64,000 nt of DNA from Candidatus Binataceae bacterium. GTDB lineage: Bacteria; Desulfobacterota; Binatia; Binatales; Binataceae. Under the pieces are notes generated by a model, which made no database searches, was not told where the DNA came from, and saw nothing but the letters and a program-made list of their open reading frames with translations. Numbering within the stretch: position 1 is the first letter of the stretch; the number at the start of each line of letters is the position of its first letter. Both the position numbers and the translations under genes were made by a program. Below, in pieces: positions 39,082 to 48,167 of the stretch. Location: contig DATJXN010000132.1 in assembly GCA_035500095.1 (NCBI GenBank), positions 34,371 through 98,370 on the forward strand. The letters are read 5' to 3'.

Positions 39082-39777
39082 CTACGCCGTGATTACCGGC
39101 TGGATCACTTTCTCGGTCAGGAACGCCGACAAATCCCGAATCCCCTCGACCGTGATCTCGTGTCCGCAGTCGTATTCGCGATAACTTAATGGCATCTTGA
39201 AGGCGCGCAGCTGTTCGATGGACTGGCGCGCCTTTCCAATTTCGATCATATCGTCGGCGCGTCCATGCTGCACCAGGGTTGCGAGCTGCGCGAGCGCATC
39301 GCGATTGTGCGCGTGCTCGGCAAGCTCCTCGGGAAACCAGGTGGAAAGCGCAGCCAGCGCGGCGAAGCGTTCGGGATGGCGAATCGCCAGGTTGTAGGCC
39401 ATCACGCCGCCCTGGCTGAAGCCCATCAGGATGAGCTTGCGGCGATCGGCGGGGTAGCGCTCGAGCGCGGCGTCCACGAAGCGCATCATATGGTCGGCGG
39501 CCTCGCCCATCGCTTCCATGTCCGGCGGCGCGCCCGGCCGCAACTGGTACCATCCGTAGCCGTTGACCGCGCCGATCGCGACTTCGACCGGCCCTTGCGG
39601 ACACAGCATCAGGCATCGCCCGCTCGCGACATACGGGGCGAGACCCATCAGGTCGAGCGCGTTGGAGCCCCATCCGTGCATCGCAACGATCGTGGGATGC
39701 GGCCCGGCGCCCGCCGGCTCGAAAGCGGCATGAATGAGATCCATCGGAAGGTTCTCCCGGGTTAGTCCGGCCATCAT
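39082..39777 (-). CDS. phospholipase/carboxylesterase family alpha/beta hydrolase
   Basis: HGWGSN...LMGFSQGG (nucleophile elbow)...HGRADD...GHEI pattern. Confidence 0.88.
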   Translation of the reverse strand: MMAGLTRENLPMDLIHAAFEPAGAGPHPTIVAMHGWGSNALDLMGLAPYVASGRCLMLCPQGPVEVAIGAVNGYGWYQLRPGAPPDMEAMGEAADHMMRFVDAALERYPADRRKLILMGFSQGGVMAYNLAIRHPERFAALAALSTWFPEELAEHAHNRDALAQLATLVQHGRADDMIEIGKARQSIEQLRAFKMPLSYREYDCGHEITVEGIRDLSAFLTEKVIQPVITA

Positions 39778-39815
39778 AGATCGCCGTCGCCACCGCTCGC
39801 TACTCGCTTGCGCGT

Positions 39816-42800
39816 ATGCAAACGGTCGGATTAGCTGTGCGTTGCCGTGGCCGCCTGGCCACGTATCGCACTATGGGGCGGGGTGTGGAAGATAAAAGGA
39901 TGTGGCGTGGCGGTGCTCCGCAAGCGCGCTACGCGGCGACGGTTTCGGCTGCCGGGGCGGCGCTGCTCCTTGCGCTCGCGGGCATATGTGCGGCGGCAGA
40001 CGGCGCTTTGCCGCCCCCGCGGGACGGCAAGCTCGCCGGCACGATCTCCGGCCTCCTGCTGCTCGCGCTGCTCTGCTACTCGATCTACGTTTACGTCGCT
40101 CCGCTGCTCAGGAATCGCGACCGTTCGATCGTGTGGGCGTTCGCGATCCTGGCCGTGATCGCATTGGTCAAAATATTGCTGCTCCCGTGGTTCGACGGCT
40201 ACGGGAACGACGTCGCGAGCTACGAATCGTGGGCGCTCCAGATGGCCTCCGAGGGGCCCGCGCGCGTCTATCGCGAGGGCTACTTTCTCGACTATCCGCC
40301 CGGCTACCTTTACGCGCTCTGGCTCGCGGGAATCGTCGCGCACGCTACCGGCGCCGGCGGCGTGATGCTGCGGATGACGGTCGAGGCCCCGGCGCTGGTC
40401 GCCGACTTCGTGCTCGCGCTGCTGATGTTCGTGTTCGTGCGGCGTGTCGCGCCTGCCCGGCAAACAGCGGCCTACGTCGCGATGCTGCTGGTGGCGCTGA
40501 ATCCGGCGCTCGGCTTCGACACGATCGTCTGGGGCCAGAGCGATTCGGCGCTGACCGTCGTGATCATGCTGAGCGCGGCGCTCGCGCTCGATGGCGAGTT
40601 CGAGCTGGCCTGGGCGCTCGCCGCGCTGAGCGTGCTGCTCAAGCCGCAGGCGCTGATGTATGTGCCGGTGCTCGGGGTGTGGACGCTGCTCAAGCTGCCC
40701 TACGGCAGATGGTGGCGCTCGGCGCTGGCCGCGATCGCTGTGGGGATGGTCGGCGTGCTGCCGTTTCAGTTCGGCCATCCCTGGTACTGGATTTTCGAGC
40801 TCTACCATTCGACCGCCGCGTACTATCACGAGACCTCGGTCAACGCGTTCAACCTGCTCGCGTTGATGGGCGGCCTGCGCAAGCCGGATACCGATACGTT
40901 CGCAGGGCTTTCGTACTTCAGTCTCGGGATGGGCCTGCTCGTGCCGCTCTACGCGTTTATCGGCTGGCGGCTTTGGAGCGAGCGCACGCCGCGCGGGATG
41001 ATGTACGCGGTTTTTGCCGCGGTGTTCGGATTCTTCATGTTCGCGCCGCGGATGCACGAGCGTTACCTGTATGCGGGGCTGGTGTTCGCCGCGCCGCTCG
41101 CGGTCGAGGGTGCCGAGGTCGCAGCCGTCTTCGCAATTCTGACTGCGACCTGTCTGTTCAACCTCGCCTACGTGCTGGCCGCGCTTCGCAGCGCGACGAT
41201 TTTTCTCGACCCGCGCGACGGATTTGCGATGTTCGCGTCGGCGGTAAACGTCCTCGCCCTGGTGCTCATGATCGACTACGGCCTCGGGCTGGCCGAGGGA
41301 GCAGGGCCGCTCTGGCAAAAGCTCACGTCGTTGGGCGGGATGCCGGATCGGGCTGGCGACGGCGCCGGGAGCGCCCCGGCGCGCGAGGCCGGCGCTGCAG
41401 AAGGCCGCGCTCCGGCCGCTCCCGTAGCGCGCGAGCCTTTGGTCGCGATTCCATGGACGCGCATCGACACGATCGTGCTCGTCGCGCTGGTTGCCGCCGC
41501 CGCCGCGACCCGGATCTGGCATCTCGGCCATCCGGCGGAGATCGTCTTCGATGAAGTTCATTTCGTCGCGCAGGCGCGTCATTACATCCGCGGCGAACCG
41601 TTCCTCGACCCGCATCCGCCGCTCGCGAAGCTCGTGATCGCAGGCGGGATTCTGCTCTTCGGCGACCATCCGTGGAGTTGGCGGATCGGCAATGCGCTCT
41701 GCGGAATCCTGCTGGTCGGGCTGAGCTACATGCTGGGGCGGCGGATGTTCGCGTCGCGGCTGGCGGGCGCACTCGCCGCCTCGTTCATCATCTGCGACGG
41801 GATGTTTCTGGTGGACTCACGCGTCGCGGTAATCGACATCGTGTATCTGACGCTCGCCGCATGGTCTTACCTGCTGCTCTTTCGCTTCGCCGAATCGACG
41901 GACCCGCGCGACCGCCGCCGAACGCTCGCCGCGATGGGCGCGACGCTAGGACTGTGCCTCGGCTCGAAGCTGTACGTCCCGGTGCTGACCTTCCTGCTGT
42001 GCGCTGGGTTCATGGTCTGGTTCATCCTGGATGCCGAGCGCACGGCGTCGTGGGAGGCACGCTGGTGGCGCACGTTTGGGGCGCTGCTGATGGTAGGGGC
42101 GCTGAGCGCCGCCTTTTATATCGCGGTCTTCCTGCCGCATTTCTTGCTCGGATGGTGGGGCGGAATCGCCGACCTCGTCCATTACTACGGCGACGTGCTG
42201 TGGTACGAGAACAGCGTCAGGAACGCGACGCATCCCTATTCTTCGCAGTGGTGGACGTGGCCGCTGATGCTGCGGCCGATCGCCTACTGGCAAAGTTTTC
42301 CGCCGCAGGGCAAGGTCGCGACAATCTGGGGCGGGGGAAATCCGCTGCTCTGGTGGAGTGCGCTGACCGCAATCACGATTACGGCCGTGCGTGCGCTGGA
42401 ACGGCCCAACGCGGCACGGACGTTCCTCGTGATCGGCTATCTCGCGTATCTCCTGATGTGGACTCCAGTAGGGCGCACGCTTTTTCTCTACCACTACATG
42501 CCGTCGGTGTACCTCGGCTACATGGCGCTGGCCGCGATCGTCGCGGATGCGTGGAACGGCGAGGCCGCGATGTGGGAATGCGCAGCGCTGCTGCTGACGA
42601 TCCTGCCCGCGTGCATGATGGGACTCGGATTTTGGCTAGGTTTGTTCCCTGGCGCGGCGATCGGACTGCTCGCCATATACCTTCTCGCGGTCGAGATAGG
42701 GCCCGACGCTCTGCCCGATCTCGAGCCGCAGCGATGGGCTCCGCGGCTGGTCGCGGCATTGTTCGTGACTGCGGCGGCGATCCTGTTCGTCTATTACTTT

Positions 42801-42887
42801 CCGCTGTGGACGGGGATTTTCATCGATCGCGACGGCTATTATCACCGGATGTGGCTGCAGGGTCCGGGTTTGCGCAACTGGATATGA
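39816..42887 (+). CDS. fusion of two GT-C glycosyltransferase modules: N-terminal ALG6/ALG8- or PMT_2-like module plus C-terminal GT39 protein O-mannosyltransferase (PMT)-like module
   Basis: N half: YESWALQM...YFLDYPPGYLY, ETSVNAFNLL and MHERYLY among ~12 TM segments. Ala/Gly/Pro linker at about 41335-41445. C half: IVFDEVHFVAQARHY (DE motif), PPLAKL and HPYSSQWWTWPLMLRPIAYW (PMT_4TMC-like). Start uncertain (ATG 39816, 39873 or 39900). Confidence 0.8.
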   Translation: MQTVGLAVRCRGRLATYRTMGRGVEDKRMWRGGAPQARYAATVSAAGAALLLALAGICAAADGALPPPRDGKLAGTISGLLLLALLCYSIYVYVAPLLRNRDRSIVWAFAILAVIALVKILLLPWFDGYGNDVASYESWALQMASEGPARVYREGYFLDYPPGYLYALWLAGIVAHATGAGGVMLRMTVEAPALVADFVLALLMFVFVRRVAPARQTAAYVAMLLVALNPALGFDTIVWGQSDSALTVVIMLSAALALDGEFELAWALAALSVLLKPQALMYVPVLGVWTLLKLPYGRWWRSALAAIAVGMVGVLPFQFGHPWYWIFELYHSTAAYYHETSVNAFNLLALMGGLRKPDTDTFAGLSYFSLGMGLLVPLYAFIGWRLWSERTPRGMMYAVFAAVFGFFMFAPRMHERYLYAGLVFAAPLAVEGAEVAAVFAILTATCLFNLAYVLAALRSATIFLDPRDGFAMFASAVNVLALVLMIDYGLGLAEGAGPLWQKLTSLGGMPDRAGDGAGSAPAREAGAAEGRAPAAPVAREPLVAIPWTRIDTIVLVALVAAAAATRIWHLGHPAEIVFDEVHFVAQARHYIRGEPFLDPHPPLAKLVIAGGILLFGDHPWSWRIGNALCGILLVGLSYMLGRRMFASRLAGALAASFIICDGMFLVDSRVAVIDIVYLTLAAWSYLLLFRFAESTDPRDRRRTLAAMGATLGLCLGSKLYVPVLTFLLCAGFMVWFILDAERTASWEARWWRTFGALLMVGALSAAFYIAVFLPHFLLGWWGGIADLVHYYGDVLWYENSVRNATHPYSSQWWTWPLMLRPIAYWQSFPPQGKVATIWGGGNPLLWWSALTAITITAVRALERPNAARTFLVIGYLAYLLMWTPVGRTLFLYHYMPSVYLGYMALAAIVADAWNGEAAMWECAALLLTILPACMMGLGFWLGLFPGAAIGLLAIYLLAVEIGPDALPDLEPQRWAPRLVAALFVTAAAILFVYYFPLWTGIFIDRDGYYHRMWLQGPGLRNWI

Positions 42888-43801
42888 AGAAGCGCCGCAT
42901 CGGGCCCGCATTGCGCGTCGCCGCCGCGCTTGCGGTTGAATTGGCGATCGCTGCGGCGGCGCTGCCAATCGCGGCCACTCTATCCCGCGCCGATTCGAAC
43001 GCTCCCGCGATGAGCGCCGGCGCTAGCACGCGCGCGAGCGCCGCCGCGACCCCGTCGCCAGCCTCGAGCGCGGCGGGCCCGGAGGCTCGGGCCGGACCGA
43101 ATCTGCTTTCCAACGGTGACTTCGCGACCGGTTCCGGCAAATCGCCCGACCATTGGCGCACCGGGGGATGGAACGAATCGCCGGCGGTCACCGCCTACGA
43201 CTGGCTGCACTCGCCGGGCAGCGAGCCCGAGCTCGCCGTCAGCAATATACAGCCCAACGACGCGCGATGGCTCCAGACGATGACGCTCGATGCGGGATGG
43301 TACTACGTCGGCGCCGAAGTCCGGACCGATGGTGTGCCTGCCAATGCCGCCGGTGCAAGCGTCGGTCTCGACGAAGACAGCGTCAACTCGCCGGCGCTGC
43401 ATGGCACCACCGAGTGGCATCCGCTTGGACTGTATATCAGGATTGGCGCGCACGGCGCGGACATCGACGTGGCGCTGAGGCTCGGCGGGTTCGGCAGCCT
43501 CAACACCGGCCGCGCGTTCTTCCGAAACGCGAGGGTGGTCAAACTCCACGCGCTCCCGGCCAACGCGGGGCCCGCATTCGACCTGAGCGCCGTCAGGCGC
43601 GCCTCCGTGGCGCCGCCGATCGGAAGGCCGTGGACGCTTATTGCGGTATTCGTCCTGCTGGCGGTTGTGGCGGCGGCGGGATGGCGAATCTATGGCGGCG
43701 ACAATCTACCGCCAGTGCCGGTGGGGAGCCAGCCGCCGCCCTCGATGCCGCGGAGCGAGCGTCGCCGGCGCGAGAGCGCGGCCGCGCGCCGCCGCCGCTG
43801 A
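42884..43801 (+). CDS. exported Ser/Ala/Pro-rich protein with galactose-binding/CBM-like domain and C-terminal TM anchor
   Basis: ATG 42884 overlaps the TGA of the glycosyltransferase gene (ATGA); it is the last 305 codons of track ORF 41672..43801. Signal peptide, then SAGASTRASAAATPSPASSAAGPEA, then NLLSNGDFA...W..GGW (CBM4/9-like start), then WTLIAVFVLLAVVAAAGW and an Arg-rich tail. Confidence 0.7.
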   Translation: MKKRRIGPALRVAAALAVELAIAAAALPIAATLSRADSNAPAMSAGASTRASAAATPSPASSAAGPEARAGPNLLSNGDFATGSGKSPDHWRTGGWNESPAVTAYDWLHSPGSEPELAVSNIQPNDARWLQTMTLDAGWYYVGAEVRTDGVPANAAGASVGLDEDSVNSPALHGTTEWHPLGLYIRIGAHGADIDVALRLGGFGSLNTGRAFFRNARVVKLHALPANAGPAFDLSAVRRASVAPPIGRPWTLIAVFVLLAVVAAAGWRIYGGDNLPPVPVGSQPPPSMPRSERRRRESAAARRRR

Positions 43802-43824
43802 AGCTCACTCCATCCAACGCGCCG

Positions 43825-44910
43825 CTAGCCTTGCTGCGGAAGCAGGGCCGCGCGCGTGACTTCGCGCCGGTCGCTCTTCTCCAGCGCCTCGGCCGCCTTC
43901 GCGAGCGGGAAAGTCGCGTCGCAGAGCTCGCGGTACGGATAGCGGTCGATATGCATCGCGAGGAAGTCCAGCGACTTCTTTAGATAGCTCGGCGGATACA
44001 TCACCACGCCGATCACCTCGAGCGATTTGAACGTCACCCGCGACGGCGCGATCGGCGCGGTCAACCCCGGCGAGATGTTGCCGATCTCGATCACGCGGCC
44101 GCCGATCGAGGCGAGTTCGAGCGCGTCGATAAAGGCCTCGGGCACGCCGGCGACCTCGAACACAACGTCGGGCGCGCCGCCGATTAGCTCGCGGATCCGC
44201 TTCTGGCGCTCCTCGGACGTCGGATGCTTGCGCAAATCGATCGTGGCGTCGGCGCCGAACTTCATCGCTTCATCGAGCCGATGCTCGACGCCGTCAACCG
44301 CGATCACGTGCGCGCCGCGCGCCTTGGCGATCGCCATCGCGTGCAATCCGAGTCCGCCCGCGCCCAGCACCACCACGCTTTCGCCGTAGCCCACGCGGCC
44401 CTTGTCGAGGCCCCAGTACACCTGCGACATCGCGCAGTTGGCCGACGCCGCGACCAGGTCGGGCACGTTGTCCGGGATGCGGTAGAAGTTCTGGTTGGCG
44501 CGCACGATGTAGTGCGTGGCGAAGGTCGAGGTGAAGTGCGGCGCCTCGCTCGGATGACGCACGCCGAAGCCCTTGGCAGTGCAGGCGGCCTGGTTGCCGG
44601 CCACGCAGTTCGAGCATCGATTGCACACCGAATAGTAAACTGGGGCGATCCGGTCGCCGGCCTTGACCGACACGCCGGCCCAGTCGGTCTTCACGCCGTC
44701 GCCCAAATCCCGGATGCGCCCGGCCATCTCATGCCCCGGCGCGATTCCGTGCCGTCCGCCGAACTCGCCCCGCCACATGTGGACCTCGGAGCCGCAGACG
44801 TTGCTTTGCGTAACCTCGGCGATAAGGCCGCCGGGCGGCGGAGCCGGAACGTCGAATTCGTGAAACTCGATTTTGTGCGCGCCGGGAATAAAGGCGACTT
44901 TTCCTTTCAT
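43825..44910 (-). CDS. zinc-dependent alcohol dehydrogenase (MDR family)
   Basis: CGSEVH...GHEMAGRI catalytic zinc ligands, the structural zinc C..C..C.......C, and the GAGGLG Rossmann motif. Confidence 0.9.
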   Translation of the reverse strand: MKGKVAFIPGAHKIEFHEFDVPAPPPGGLIAEVTQSNVCGSEVHMWRGEFGGRHGIAPGHEMAGRIRDLGDGVKTDWAGVSVKAGDRIAPVYYSVCNRCSNCVAGNQAACTAKGFGVRHPSEAPHFTSTFATHYIVRANQNFYRIPDNVPDLVAASANCAMSQVYWGLDKGRVGYGESVVVLGAGGLGLHAMAIAKARGAHVIAVDGVEHRLDEAMKFGADATIDLRKHPTSEERQKRIRELIGGAPDVVFEVAGVPEAFIDALELASIGGRVIEIGNISPGLTAPIAPSRVTFKSLEVIGVVMYPPSYLKKSLDFLAMHIDRYPYRELCDATFPLAKAAEALEKSDRREVTRAALLPQQG

Positions 44911-45007
44911 CTCATTCGCTCCTCGATGACTTCGGGCCTATGCAATCGGGCGCAGGCCCGCGCCCGTAGCCGCGATGCTGGATTAGGCCCGCGCCCCGCG
45001 CGCGATG

Positions 45008-46354
45008 TCAAGGGTGCGACGGCGCCGTGCCGCCGAGGGCGCTTCCCGCCGGCAGCAGAGCGGTTTTCTCGTTCACCTGCCAGCCCAAGGCCAGAAAGTT
45101 TTTCCTTGCCAGCGGAGACATCTGGCCCGTGAGCCACACGCTCCGTTTCGGCGCCGCCAGATCGGGACGATTGGCGAAGTACGAGGTGCGGGATGTCCAC
45201 GAGGCGTAGTCAACTGCCGCGGGAACCACGATCGCTCCGGTGCTGTCGCGGCCGACGATCGTGCCGCGCGCGATTATCCGCGCAACCGGCGTATGGGTTT
45301 TGGAATACCTGGACAACAGGTCCAGGCAGTCGGCGATGAAACGCGCCTGGTCTTCCGATTGGGCCGTGCTCGCCAGAGTCACCGCGTCAACCACTCCCGA
45401 AACTTTGGAGAGATCGTTGAGATCCTCGACCAAGGCGGTCTGCACGCTGAGCGGAAATGCCATATTGCGCATGAAGGCCTTGATGGTTGCGGGCGGCACC
45501 TGCAGCTCTTCGAGCGTTTTCTGGTTGCGCACTATCAGATCGGCCTTGGGTGTGTCCCAGACCATGTTGGAGGTTATTCTGGTCGCGGTGATCGCCATCG
45601 AACCCGGAACCACCACGGAAATGGTAGTAGTCACCGCGACGTGGGCGCGGAAAGCAACCACGGCAAATTCGTCGAGCTGCTTGGAGAGAATCGGATTAGT
45701 GGTGTACGGATCCACGTGCAATCGATGCGCCAGCTCCCGACGCTCCTGCTCATAGCCCAGGATGTCACGGGTGGTCTGGCCCGTGCGCTTGGCGACCTCG
45801 CCGGCTTTCTCGCCCGCCGACGCTTCTTCCGGCTCGGTCGCGGCCTCCTTGATCCGTTGCGCGCCGAGACCGACGCGGCCGAAGAACCGGCCAACTCCGC
45901 CAGGCAGGCCCTTCACCGTGTCCACCGGATGCATCACCATCTGGCCGGCAGCCTTTATCGGCTCGGCTCCGGTCCTCGCCAGAGCCTGCGCGAAGACCTT
46001 GGTCTTGCTCTCGTGCGACAGTTCCAGCATCGCCGGGACTTCCGCGACCCGGATTCGAAGCAGCTCGATGCCATGGACCTGCAGCGTGCCAAGCTCGGTG
46101 TGCAGCGTGAAGAGGGCCATCAGGCCATCGGTCGGCACCGCGTCGTCCACGTGGAAGCCCTCTCCGGAGAGGAGGGTCGCGGGCACCAGATCCTTCGCCT
46201 GCAATACGGGCGGCTTTTCAAACTGGCCGGCCGGATCGGCGGCGATAGATGCGGCCGGTGCGAGCACCATGAGGGCAAGTGCGGTAAGCGTCAGCCTGCC
46301 CCAGCCCCAAGGGGCCGCGGAAAACGGGTTTCTGATCATCGATGAAAGCAACAC
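45008..46354 (-). CDS. exported hypothetical protein
   Basis: 448 codons (GTG 46354; ATG 46339 alternative), signal peptide LTALALMVLAPAASIAA, no motif recognised. Lies downstream of, and on the same strand as, the TetR gene. Confidence 0.7.
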   Translation of the reverse strand: MLLSSMIRNPFSAAPWGWGRLTLTALALMVLAPAASIAADPAGQFEKPPVLQAKDLVPATLLSGEGFHVDDAVPTDGLMALFTLHTELGTLQVHGIELLRIRVAEVPAMLELSHESKTKVFAQALARTGAEPIKAAGQMVMHPVDTVKGLPGGVGRFFGRVGLGAQRIKEAATEPEEASAGEKAGEVAKRTGQTTRDILGYEQERRELAHRLHVDPYTTNPILSKQLDEFAVVAFRAHVAVTTTISVVVPGSMAITATRITSNMVWDTPKADLIVRNQKTLEELQVPPATIKAFMRNMAFPLSVQTALVEDLNDLSKVSGVVDAVTLASTAQSEDQARFIADCLDLLSRYSKTHTPVARIIARGTIVGRDSTGAIVVPAAVDYASWTSRTSYFANRPDLAAPKRSVWLTGQMSPLARKNFLALGWQVNEKTALLPAGSALGGTAPSHP

Positions 46355-46432
46355 TATGAGAGACCTCCTGCGTGTGCGGGTTCGGGGCGCTTGCGGTGCG
46401 CTCGCGTTGAAATTCCGGCGCCGGAGGCGGCG

Positions 46433-47098
46433 CTACTTCATTTCCCAGCCGGCGGCGAATACGCGGGCGACAGTGCGCGCCGCGACCGCCTGCGCCTCAT
46501 GCCATCGCATCCCCAGCGCGCAAAGGACCAACGAGGCCTGCTCGACGGCGAGCGGCTGGGCCGTGCGCGCGTCGCCCAGCGCGATCACGCGCATCATCCC
46601 CGCCTGGACGACGCCGACCGTCAGCACCACGGCGGCGGGCGGTCCGCAGTTCGACAACCGTCCGCTGCGATAGCAGTCTTCCAGGTCCTTGCGCAGCATG
46701 ACGTTGCCCTTGGCCCCGGGATGGAGCCACTGGCTGTGCATCCGGGCGATGACGGCGGCGCGATTGGGTTCGACGGCGGCGGCGCGGAAAAGCACGGACA
46801 TCCCGGTGGCGAACCGCTCGGCAGGATCCCGGACGCCGGCTTGAGCCGTCTTGACCCTGGCTTCAAGGTCTTCGCGGGCGAGCAGCGCGGCCTCGCGTGC
46901 GATCGCATCCTTGTCCGTGAAGTAGTTGTAGAAGGTGCCCTTGGCCAAATCCGCGGTGGCGGTGATTTGATCGACGGTGATGCGGTCGGCACCCTCGCGC
47001 GCGATGAGCAGTTCGGCGGCCGCGAGCAGGGCCTTGCGATTGCGGACCAACCGTCTGTCCGCGCGCTTTGTTGGGGTTGGCTTGCTCGCAGCTTTCAT
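46433..47098 (-). CDS. TetR/AcrR family transcriptional regulator
   Basis: N-terminal HTH: R..LL.AA..LIAREGADRITVDQITATADLAKGTFYNYF.DKD. Confidence 0.92.
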   Translation of the reverse strand: MKAASKPTPTKRADRRLVRNRKALLAAAELLIAREGADRITVDQITATADLAKGTFYNYFTDKDAIAREAALLAREDLEARVKTAQAGVRDPAERFATGMSVLFRAAAVEPNRAAVIARMHSQWLHPGAKGNVMLRKDLEDCYRSGRLSNCGPPAAVVLTVGVVQAGMMRVIALGDARTAQPLAVEQASLVLCALGMRWHEAQAVAARTVARVFAAGWEMK

Positions 47099-47140
47099 GG
47101 CGCTTCGTCCCGGTAATGACCAAGACGTTCAATATCGATC

Positions 47141-47170
47141 TTGACAGTCATTGCTATACACTGTAGTCAT
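47141..47170 (+). promoter_or_regulatory. candidate promoter/operator in the TetR divergent spacer
   Basis: TTGACA (47141-47146), 17 nt, then TAGTCA. The same stretch holds inverted ACAGT/ACTGT half-sites 11 nt apart and a direct repeat AGTCATT x2. Confidence 0.3.
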
Positions 47171-47262
47171 TTTTCGCACAAGACCCGCGCCGCCGATCGG
47201 GCAGGAATCCTTGCTCCGGAGAAACGCACGCCGATTGCGATCGGGATTGGGAGTGACGGAAT

Positions 47263-48099
47263 TTGACGAAACGCAACCGCTCGGCCCACGCCCTGTCCGG
47301 GACACTGCTGATCGCGCTCGCTATCGCACTCGCTTCGGCCGCCGCATGTGGCGAGGAGGCGGGCGTGGGACACTACATCCCGGGGGCGACCAGCTCGTTC
47401 ATCGATATGCTGCCCGACCGCGGCAGCTCGTCTGCCGTCGTGGCGAACGCGTTCACCTACTATGATGGCTCGGCATCGTCCGCGCAGGAGCTGGAATTCG
47501 GCGGCCTGCTGACGGCGGGAGGACAGGGCACGATCTATTCCGACACTTTCCTGTTCCAGTGTCAGGGGCCGTGGAAAATGGCAGGGACAGTTCGGCGTTT
47601 ATGCTCCAACCGGCAGTTTCAAGAAAGGTGACCTCGCCAATATCGGCAGAAACTACTGGACCTTTGAACCGAGCGGGGCGGTCAGTCATCTAAGCAGCAG
47701 GTTCGGCCTGGAGGTCACCGCGTTTGCGGGTTCGATTTCAACACCATGAATGACGCAACCGATTACCAGACGGGCGATCAGTTCCATCTCGACGGCGCGA
47801 TCGCCGAGCATCTGCCGCTCTTCGGCGGCTTTGTCGGCGCCGGCGTCAACGGATACTTCTATCAGCAGATCACAGGCGACAGCGGCAGCGGCGCGAAGCT
47901 CGGCGGCTTCGAGGGAATGAGTGCGGGCATCGGGCGCGATTGCTCTTACGCATACCGGATCGGCGACTTCGATCTCGCCGGCGAAGCGAAGTGGCTGCCG
48001 GAACTGGGAGTGTCGAACAGGCTCGACGGCAACACCGTGCGGTTCAACCTCGGGGTGAGCTGGGGACCGAAACCGCAGGGCCCGCTTGAATCGATGTAG
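47263..48099 (+). pseudogene. outer-membrane transporter of the MetA-pathway/phenol-degradation-like family (PF13557-like), interrupted by two compensating frameshifts
   Basis: Segment 1 (frame of 47263): signal peptide plus GVGHYIPGATSSF. Segment 2 (+1 frame, about 47585-47730): FGVYAPTGSFKKGDLANIGRNYWTFEPSGAVSHL. Segment 3 (original frame, track ORF 47746..48099): FNTMNDATDYQTGDQFHLDGA...GYFYQQITGDSGSGA. Confidence 0.7.
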
Positions 48100-48167
48100 A
48101 GATATCAATAAGTGTCTGGCGCCGCGAAAATAAGGCGACAGTTCGAAGAAAAAAGAGGAGTTAAACG

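Noticed and set aside
39065-39793. N-terminal 243 codons of the 511-aa ORF 38258..39793(-)
   Set aside because: It overlaps the carboxylesterase gene in another frame. The MazG homology begins at ATG 39064.
39831-41669. 612-aa minus-strand ORF and the 550-aa plus-strand ORF 39902..41554
   Set aside because: Both overlap the glycosyltransferase frame, which shows regular TM segments and family motifs. Both translate to Arg-rich low-complexity sequence.
41672-42883. 5' 404 codons of the 709-aa plus-strand ORF 41672..43801
   Set aside because: This part overlaps the PMT-like module out of frame and is Arg-rich. Only the part from ATG 42884 has a signal peptide and a coherent domain structure.
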